DNA from: Giardia intestinalis | Taxonomy: Eukaryota | DNA: 64,000 bases | NCBI GenBank assembly: GCA_000002435.2 | Contig: CM018791.1 | Direction: 5' to 3' (one strand) | Shown here: piece after piece, positions 58,501 to 64,000 of the stretch | Layout of the letters: each line of letters opens with the position of its first letter | Numbering within the stretch: position 1 is the first letter of the stretch | Translations under genes and position numbers: made by a program | Notes under the pieces: model-generated | The model's input: only the letters and a program-made list of their open reading frames with translations | Told to the model about the DNA's origin: nothing | Databases searched by the model: none

Positions 58501-59559
58501 CCGGAGGATACGTCTAAACATACTCCCCTAATGCGGGCGGTTATAGAAGGAAACTACAGCAGCATAACAGCCGCCCTCATAACCAAGTACGCTTGCAAGC
58601 AGGACGGTGCAGGCATGACTGCTCTGATGCACGCGGTGGTGCATCGAAGGTTCGGCCTCATATCAAAGTTGGCAGCGGCAGAGGCAGGCATGGCTCTACC
58701 AGATGGCCGCACTGCACTATTCCTAGCGATTGAATTGAAGTACATGGACATAGCGGAGGAGCTTCGGCCATACGAGGGTATCCCAGTAGCCAGAATCCCT
58801 GTTCTGCACAGAGAGCAGAAACATGCGCATACAAAGAAGGGTGCTCAATCTAGAAGAGAGTCACTTGGGTCTTCCAATTTGGAGACAGGTCATGGGGGAA
58901 AAGTCACCGGGCTTACCAACTTAATGGCAGCGGCTGAGAAGAACGACCTAGTGACTGTTTGGATATTAATTCCCAATGAGGGATGCATACAAGACTCCAG
59001 GGGGCGGACAGCGCTCATGTATGCGGCTTACGCTGGCAATCTGCGAGTCGTGGAACTCCTCCTGCAGTTCGAGGCCCGCATGCAAGACTCGAACGGATGC
59101 ACAGCCCTAATGTATGCAGTGCAGGCGGGAAACATCGAGATAGTTAAGCTCTTAGCAAGTACAGAGGCACGCATCATCAACAACACATTTTCAACCGCCC
59201 TGATGATGGCTGCTCGTCTTAAAAGTGAGCAAATGATGAACGTATTGGCTCCACTGGAGTGTGGTATTCAGGGTTACAGCTCTAGTACCGCACGCCTTTT
59301 ACCGATGTCTCCCAGAGCGCGAAGAGGATCTATAAACCCTCAGAACTTCTTCACGGCTGATGCAAATGGATCAGGAGTGACAGCGTTAATGATTTCTGCG
59401 AATGTAGGATTTAAATATGGGGTGTCACTTCTTCTGAATGAAGAGTTGTCCCTTCGAGACAGAAACGGGTACAGCGCCTACGACTATGCCGTTTATGGTA
59501 AAGGTGACGGGCACTTACAAAAAGAAATAGCACATTTACTGCGAGAAGAGGTGAACTAG
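55594..59559 (+). CDS. Coiled-coil plus ankyrin-repeat protein of 1321 aa, Giardia 'Protein 21.1' type
   Basis: The N-terminal two-thirds is coiled coil. The C-terminus has TAL(M/F) ankyrin signatures: GMTALMHAVVHRRFG, GRTALFLAIELKY, GRTALMYAAYAGNLRVVELLL, GCTALMYAVQAGNIEIVKLL and STALMMAARL. Confidence 0.8.
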   Translation: MDQDKQGEFESCDETASIQVETPSLVETPDIQFTIVERSTLEQASSGVSFSVSSISVETPSLNVQESITSASEVLSTPATIDQVCPRSAQSPAAPLSILSFKNTNLRPLPPNDSRFSASSSTALLPDPSLTGGSDSRTSRSSLLPRESISVNTITEENSKSTQSLVSLGEVLEGPINSQPLDDDRFRTYPFVDVERQMLSNKIEALESELLLARSEADELMLQLEIERHQFELISQCLCQTLTTERAISPMLIPSPSNAVEPPAAYADVDVQTISNNETMVELNKQEYESFMVIAMKLQDENSTLWEQVSSKDKTIALTTEAVDTLTDDVKHLTDQLSIIGETNLSLQIALQEKASIIEQYELERAKAALSDSCQQTDNPECVSKEVSATEPVELPLRADVEQQTSLTSTQSSELSGDAHSVHDEPKDMTGTPLKALAEISEQISVKKEELVGVMAKIDALGSWYSKEVERLEGIKYVQSEADSLLTASKQEGKQSTLLEFAGSVLPAPSHDGSRESRTITRLIEVLNFQPYKDSCTSGDLSDCILTYASEVLPHIVDIQRMLRALQKEYYAYLEQLRADTKTIATLSADNEVLRAANASLQESVEALKAQVDSDGLTKNDLPTEKDIPLHSASVNTRTPANGLLGQLLPFLNDELTKKKALNIDALEKTISKQTELPLSRTLRPDLSKMADDFSVSADVSLTEDSMNQLREMIDANDQPTHEHGASRWKDYEPLLIAMQARHQAKRSLTRDIDVVSGQPDYKLHYLRSKLDAFMLRHQVLKIFNVLGTLLEENNLQQGSKDSFCSTDLSKLIEVLDHKTRRVNELETILLALYQQSTHFFRTYRSVLDMATVSLIKQDSLLMHSDMGAISMILLHAKVCLENSSNETIKDAVLRAFNEQPCSQITPNSHANVLASADLLDGNKEPTNPLTMTVLQTNPEPSLRSLLQTDIRPSFLLSHCDPAASQGQIPEDTSKHTPLMRAVIEGNYSSITAALITKYACKQDGAGMTALMHAVVHRRFGLISKLAAAEAGMALPDGRTALFLAIELKYMDIAEELRPYEGIPVARIPVLHREQKHAHTKKGAQSRRESLGSSNLETGHGGKVTGLTNLMAAAEKNDLVTVWILIPNEGCIQDSRGRTALMYAAYAGNLRVVELLLQFEARMQDSNGCTALMYAVQAGNIEIVKLLASTEARIINNTFSTALMMAARLKSEQMMNVLAPLECGIQGYSSSTARLLPMSPRARRGSINPQNFFTADANGSGVTALMISANVGFKYGVSLLLNEELSLRDRNGYSAYDYAVYGKGDGHLQKEIAHLLREEVN

Positions 59560-59567
59560 AATAGGCT

Positions 59568-60239
59568 TCATTGGCCCAAAAACGCTAGTATGCTATCCTT
59601 CACTTTGCGGAGTACATTCAGCTTATCTTGAAGCGCCTTTTTAATAATTTTATTGCTATGTTCTTGCATTAGCTTTTTGTACGTTTCTAGCGTCTCTGTT
59701 AGTGCATTGCAATTCGGCAAAGGCGACTTCACGAGAAATTCGGCCCCTGGAGTATCTCTCAGCAAAGTCAAAAGTTGTTTCATCTCGTATGAGTCTGAGC
59801 TGATCTCGACGGATGCTTCGACAAATTCCTTTGTCTCTGCGTCCAATGTAAAGGCCTTAAAGTCCAATATACCAAACTCTAGCATATATGGGTCTAGCGT
59901 CAATAGGAAAACAAAATCAACAACGCAGTTACCTTCTACGAGGTTTCTGACGCAGTTCTTGCATGTGTTTTGAAACGTATCGTCACGAAGGTAGAGGTGG
60001 TCCGGAACCGTCACAAAGTAAGCCACAGGGTCGCTGTCACCGCACAATGCACGGAGAGTCGACTGCAGAGGGGCCGTGTTGTCCCCTAGACGTGAGACCT
60101 GAAGGAATTCACTGGCTCGCGTCTCGGTTTCTGAGGATCGTGCCCCTAAGAGAACTCCATAGGCTGTGCCTGGAATGCTCTTTGTCGCACTCCCAACTAG
60201 TTGAAATACAACGTCTATATCAAGCGTCAGTGTGCACAT
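59568..60239 (-). CDS. MPN (Mov34/JAB) domain protein with no JAMM metal-binding motif; possibly eIF3f/h, Rpn8 or CSN6-like
   Basis: The N-terminus DIDVVFQLVGSATKSIPGTAYGVLLGA fits the MPN core pattern (V.VHPLVLL...........VVGVLLG). I see no HxH...D motif. It is 223 aa long. Confidence 0.45.
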   Translation of the reverse strand: MCTLTLDIDVVFQLVGSATKSIPGTAYGVLLGARSSETETRASEFLQVSRLGDNTAPLQSTLRALCGDSDPVAYFVTVPDHLYLRDDTFQNTCKNCVRNLVEGNCVVDFVFLLTLDPYMLEFGILDFKAFTLDAETKEFVEASVEISSDSYEMKQLLTLLRDTPGAEFLVKSPLPNCNALTETLETYKKLMQEHSNKIIKKALQDKLNVLRKVKDSILAFLGQ

Positions 60240-60326
60240 ATCAGCTGTGTTTTTCGTTGCCTCATTAGGATATGTGAAATTTTAACAAAACTTTGTGAAC
60301 TGATAACTGATTTTATTACATGTTAC

Positions 60327-61370
60327 ATGTCGGGTAAGCCTGGACAAACCATTACAGGCCACTCACAGTCACGTTTACAGCGGACCGTCGCACAAAAGGG
60401 TGAAGCTAACGAATCTAAAGCCAACCCGTCCTATCTAGATAAGCTTCCCAATGACATGTTGATCAATCTGTACAATCCTACTAAGCAGAAACAACGGCAA
60501 CCACCTGCAGATATTCATGCCTTGATATTTTCTCGGCTGAGGGAGATAGACCGGCAGTATCATAGGGAGACGAGCGCCGAGATTGTAAAGGACCTGCAGG
60601 AGCTCGTCAATCAGAACCCTCAGGCCTTATCTCTGAACGATGCACACTCTAGTCTAGATCAACAGCATGACAGAATAACTAAGAAATCTAACAGTAAGGT
60701 GAAAAGACCCATCTCTGCAAAGCCGCAGAAAACCCCGTTTGCAATCACAAATTCCTCTGGAGAGACAAGGACAAAAAACAGGGGTGCTCAGGCCAAACTT
60801 TCCCAGTTATTTGGTGACGACTATGTTGGCTCCGGGGCTTCCATCAGCCTTACTGAGGTATCTGACTATCTTACCGGTAAAACCGAATTAATGCAGAAGA
60901 ACGTGAGTAGATGCATTGCAGAATACACTAAGAAGAAACAAGCTGATGCTTTTGAAGTAAAGCTAACAAAGCTAGCACCCCCTGTAGCTCCCTCGAAGAG
61001 TAGGCAGACCCAATCCATAAACCTTGTGGGCAGTCTGAACTACAATGACATGGAGGCGCATATAAGTAGCAAAGCAATCATGAGCGATGACATAGAGTGT
61101 ACTACACTTTCGTTAGCAGACTTCCACGATCAAATTTTCCACAATGGATACTCCAAAAGCTCCGCATGTCGGTCCAGCGCCGGAGAGACATTGGACGAGC
61201 CTGCAGAAAAGGTGAGGGTGATCCTACACGGAAACCTCCTGGGTCCAGTAGAAAGGGAAAAGAGGCTCTTAGAAAGCAAAAGAAGACTCCTTCTTCAGGC
61301 ATTAAAGCGCACAAACAGCTACACAGAAAAGGAGGTGATAACAAAGAAGTTACAGCACATGATGAACTAG
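60327..61370 (+). CDS. Hypothetical protein of about 347 aa
   Basis: The track starts the ORF at a TTG at 60201, which would overlap the divergent MPN gene. The first ATG, at 60327, gives MSGKPGQTITG... and is preceded by the AT-rich GATTTTATTACATGTTAC. Confidence 0.5.
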   Translation: MSGKPGQTITGHSQSRLQRTVAQKGEANESKANPSYLDKLPNDMLINLYNPTKQKQRQPPADIHALIFSRLREIDRQYHRETSAEIVKDLQELVNQNPQALSLNDAHSSLDQQHDRITKKSNSKVKRPISAKPQKTPFAITNSSGETRTKNRGAQAKLSQLFGDDYVGSGASISLTEVSDYLTGKTELMQKNVSRCIAEYTKKKQADAFEVKLTKLAPPVAPSKSRQTQSINLVGSLNYNDMEAHISSKAIMSDDIECTTLSLADFHDQIFHNGYSKSSACRSSAGETLDEPAEKVRVILHGNLLGPVEREKRLLESKRRLLLQALKRTNSYTEKEVITKKLQHMMN

Positions 61371-61468
61371 GTATTGCGGACCTAAAAGGTAAATCTACCC
61401 GGTATCTGGATCTAATTTTGGTCTGTTTCCTTTTAAAATCATTTGGGAGCTTGAGGTGCTTTCGGCAC

Positions 61469-64000
61469 ATGTACTACCTCACGCAAATAGTCAAGCCGTG
61501 CCCGTCCACTCTCTGCTCTCTGCGTGCACGTGCCAATAAAAACGCGATTATTTGGCTCTCGGTCTTCATAACTACGTCCGAGAATGACTCACAGACTCGC
61601 CAGGCCCAGGATCCGGCCAAATCTGAAACTGACCAACACTCTAAATACATTAGTGAGACGTCCCAGGCATCCACCAGCTGCGTAGGTATTCCAAGGCCAC
61701 AAGAATCTATGTTGTTAAATTCAAAATTTCACCGCATCACCGTAGGTTCTGCAAAGACGGAGCCTGTCAGCACAAAAGCTTCTAAAGAGATTGATACCAA
61801 TGTGCACATGCCAAGTTATTTATCCATTAGTACTGCTGAGCCGTCGAGCAATGGGACAACCACGACTATTCAGGAAGACTTAAATAGTCAAATAAGCACC
61901 ACGTGTGAACTCATTAAACTGCAAGATTACTCCCTCCCACATTACAAGAGCACTGTGCTGTTAGAGCGGTTGAACTTTATGGCTAATCCATCTGATAAGA
62001 CGCCGACCACCCCTACTACTCGAAAGATCATAGGCTGTCCCAGTACAGCAGAAAAGCTGCAGATTGCTATGAATGGACCTGATTTACCTGCAACTCCAAC
62101 ACTTGTTTCGAGGCGTGACGTTACGCACTTGGACCTGCAAGAGTCCCTCACACCAGAGGAGGAGTACTTCATCACTAATTGCGAGCTAAAGAAGCTTGAT
62201 TATATTATGACTACCATCAAGGACTACTTCCTGACTAAAGGAGCAACAACCCACCAGCAGTCTCAGACCTCTTTGACCCGGGACTATATCACCATGTCCT
62301 GCTACAACATAGAGCTGACGGCAAGCTACTACTATAAGCGGTTCTTTCTAACAGGAAGTGTTCATGACTACGATACGTTCTACATCCTCTTGGGGTGCGT
62401 CCTCCTTGCAGCAAAGGTATCTGGAGCTCCCAGGACATTCAACTGCACCAAACCATCGTTTTTTGCAAAGCTGTTTGCGAGTTCCACCAATCAAGGAACA
62501 GATCACTTCGAGAAAACCCTCAAAGAAACAGAGGAGTGGATATACATGCGACTTGGATACGACCTTTGCACAACAAGCCTGCTGGATCTCTTTGTCTCCG
62601 AAGGGTGCCAATTGTTTTTTGCCATTAACGACGATGGAAGTGACATCTCTCTAGCCTCTGACGACAGCTCAATGAAGAAGTCTACTGACGTCCTTGGCCC
62701 CAGCACACTGATGGGTAACGAGACACTCTCGCCAGCTGTCTATGGAGAGCTAGACATCAAAGGCAGTGATCAGCATCCTAAGTCTATTGAATCTTTTCAA
62801 GAAGGCCAGCAGAACTTAGGCCAGATTTGCGTTGCTGCAGATACCGACCTACGCGTATCTTCTCTCAACATAGTGCCCTCTAAAATCATCTGCAGCAATA
62901 GTGAAAGCAAGGAATGCAAGTCAAGCACATGCAAGGCTTCCTCTAAGAGTCCGATCTTCGAGTGTCACGGTAGACTTGAGTCTAGCTCTCCCAGCGCAGT
63001 TGCTTCCTCAGGACGGGAGTGCTCTCAGACAGGGGGGATCAGTCCTCGTAAGTGGCCTAAACTGGATACAAACTGCATACCGGTCAGTAGTGCGCTTTGT
63101 TCCCCATCCAAGCCGATCTCACCCCACATTAGTCGTCGACTTCACTGTCAGCAGGACAGGTGTTCTTCTTGCGCACTGGCACCTTCATCCTTCATAAATC
63201 CGTCATCTATGAATGTCACTAAAGACACTGTGGAACACAGCTTACTGTCCTCCACCATTGAAAAGGAATCAACCAGCAGCCGCAAAATACCTAACCAGCA
63301 GAGTCCCGTGCGTGCCAATCGCGCTAACATCATCTCAGATGCGAATATGAACATATCTGATTTAAATCTGAGCAACAGCATTGACAGTCAATTGAGTAGC
63401 TCTCTACTAGACCAAGCATATCTTTTCCCAACCTCTTTCTCGTTAAAGGGTGTCAAATTTGCTAAGCTTCTACACACCGGAAAACGATCCAAATCTGCCG
63501 GCGCTCTCCAGCTTCTAGAGCTTGGACACGGTCCGCAAAACAATAAACTTGTTCACACTCAGAACTTTTATGTGCGTCCCTTTGCAAAATCTGCTACTTC
63601 TTCACCTTCCAATGCATCAACTTTCACGTATGAGACCACGAACACACAGATGTCACCGACTTCTAAACAGAGCAACAAAGACCCTTCAGTTTCTATCTCG
63701 TCATCTTTCTCCACAGACTTCCTTCCATGGGACGGCAGTAAGTTCGAGGAAAACCTGTCTGGCACTATTAGAAACAAGCCTCTATTGAACATTTCTAATA
63801 AGGACAGATTGACTATAGCATCGTCACATACTAAGCCCATGCCGGATGATATGCTTGCACCTCACGTACTCCTGCACAAAGCCTATTCCAATCAGAAGAC
63901 GCACACCTTCCCGTGTGAAACAGCACTACTGGCCCCAGTTCAACTGCCTAGAGATTCTAATTTAACAGTCAAGCTTGCCAATTTTGCCAAGGAAGTCACT
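61469..64000 (+). CDS. Cyclin-box-containing protein, 5' portion only; the ORF continues past the right window edge
   Basis: I traced this frame by hand; it is not in the ORF track. It is open from the TGA at 61088-61090 through 64000, more than 840 codons. The in-frame ATG at 61469 is the first one downstream of the previous gene's stop at 61370. The region YITMSCYNIELTASYYYKRFFLTGSVHDYDTFYILLGCVLLAAKVSG...KTLKETEEWIYMRLGYDLC has the spacing and hydrophobic pattern of a cyclin box. Confidence 0.5.
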   Translation, partial: MYYLTQIVKPCPSTLCSLRARANKNAIIWLSVFITTSENDSQTRQAQDPAKSETDQHSKYISETSQASTSCVGIPRPQESMLLNSKFHRITVGSAKTEPVSTKASKEIDTNVHMPSYLSISTAEPSSNGTTTTIQEDLNSQISTTCELIKLQDYSLPHYKSTVLLERLNFMANPSDKTPTTPTTRKIIGCPSTAEKLQIAMNGPDLPATPTLVSRRDVTHLDLQESLTPEEEYFITNCELKKLDYIMTTIKDYFLTKGATTHQQSQTSLTRDYITMSCYNIELTASYYYKRFFLTGSVHDYDTFYILLGCVLLAAKVSGAPRTFNCTKPSFFAKLFASSTNQGTDHFEKTLKETEEWIYMRLGYDLCTTSLLDLFVSEGCQLFFAINDDGSDISLASDDSSMKKSTDVLGPSTLMGNETLSPAVYGELDIKGSDQHPKSIESFQEGQQNLGQICVAADTDLRVSSLNIVPSKIICSNSESKECKSSTCKASSKSPIFECHGRLESSSPSAVASSGRECSQTGGISPRKWPKLDTNCIPVSSALCSPSKPISPHISRRLHCQQDRCSSCALAPSSFINPSSMNVTKDTVEHSLLSSTIEKESTSSRKIPNQQSPVRANRANIISDANMNISDLNLSNSIDSQLSSSLLDQAYLFPTSFSLKGVKFAKLLHTGKRSKSAGALQLLELGHGPQNNKLVHTQNFYVRPFAKSATSSPSNASTFTYETTNTQMSPTSKQSNKDPSVSISSSFSTDFLPWDGSKFEENLSGTIRNKPLLNISNKDRLTIASSHTKPMPDDMLAPHVLLHKAYSNQKTHTFPCETALLAPVQLPRDSNLTVKLANFAKEVT

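Overview
This window looks like compact, essentially intron-less protist nuclear DNA with about 50% GC. Genes are packed on both strands, with 8 to 300 bp between most of them. I place it in a Giardia intestinalis-like diplomonad on several grounds:

- I recognise the class II fructose-bisphosphate aldolase at 39266..40237 as the Giardia enzyme (N-terminus [25 protein letters not shown]...).
- Two ankyrin-repeat proteins carry the 'G-x-TALM-x-AA' signature of the Giardia Protein 21.1 family.
- There are many NEK-like kinases with degenerate catalytic motifs.
- AT-rich initiator elements sit directly upstream of ATG codons.
- The motif AGTAAAC, which matches the Giardia polyadenylation consensus AGTRAAY, overlaps several stop codons.

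I call about 27 protein-coding genes, two of which are truncated at the window edges and absent from the ORF track, plus two tRNA genes (Met-CAT and Pro-TGG).

The supplied ORF track begins several ORFs at TTG or GTG. I moved those starts to the first in-frame ATG, which also removes apparent overlaps between divergent genes. My own base indexing disagreed with the track by one base in one place (the 14532 start), so coordinates I derived myself may be off by one.

The strongest findings are:

- A 2563-aa protein made of seven tandem kinase-like domains, all of which lack a canonical catalytic HRD aspartate.
- Two GC-rich islands (about 70% GC) centred on the tRNA genes. They extend into the 3' coding ends of convergent neighbours, whose polyadenylation signals abut the tRNA 3' ends.
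- A head-to-head pair of paralogous kinase-like genes.
- An 850-bp ORF-free region, unusual for this genome.
- An unlisted cyclin-box gene truncated at the 3' edge.

I found no CRISPR arrays, transposons or prokaryote-style operons.
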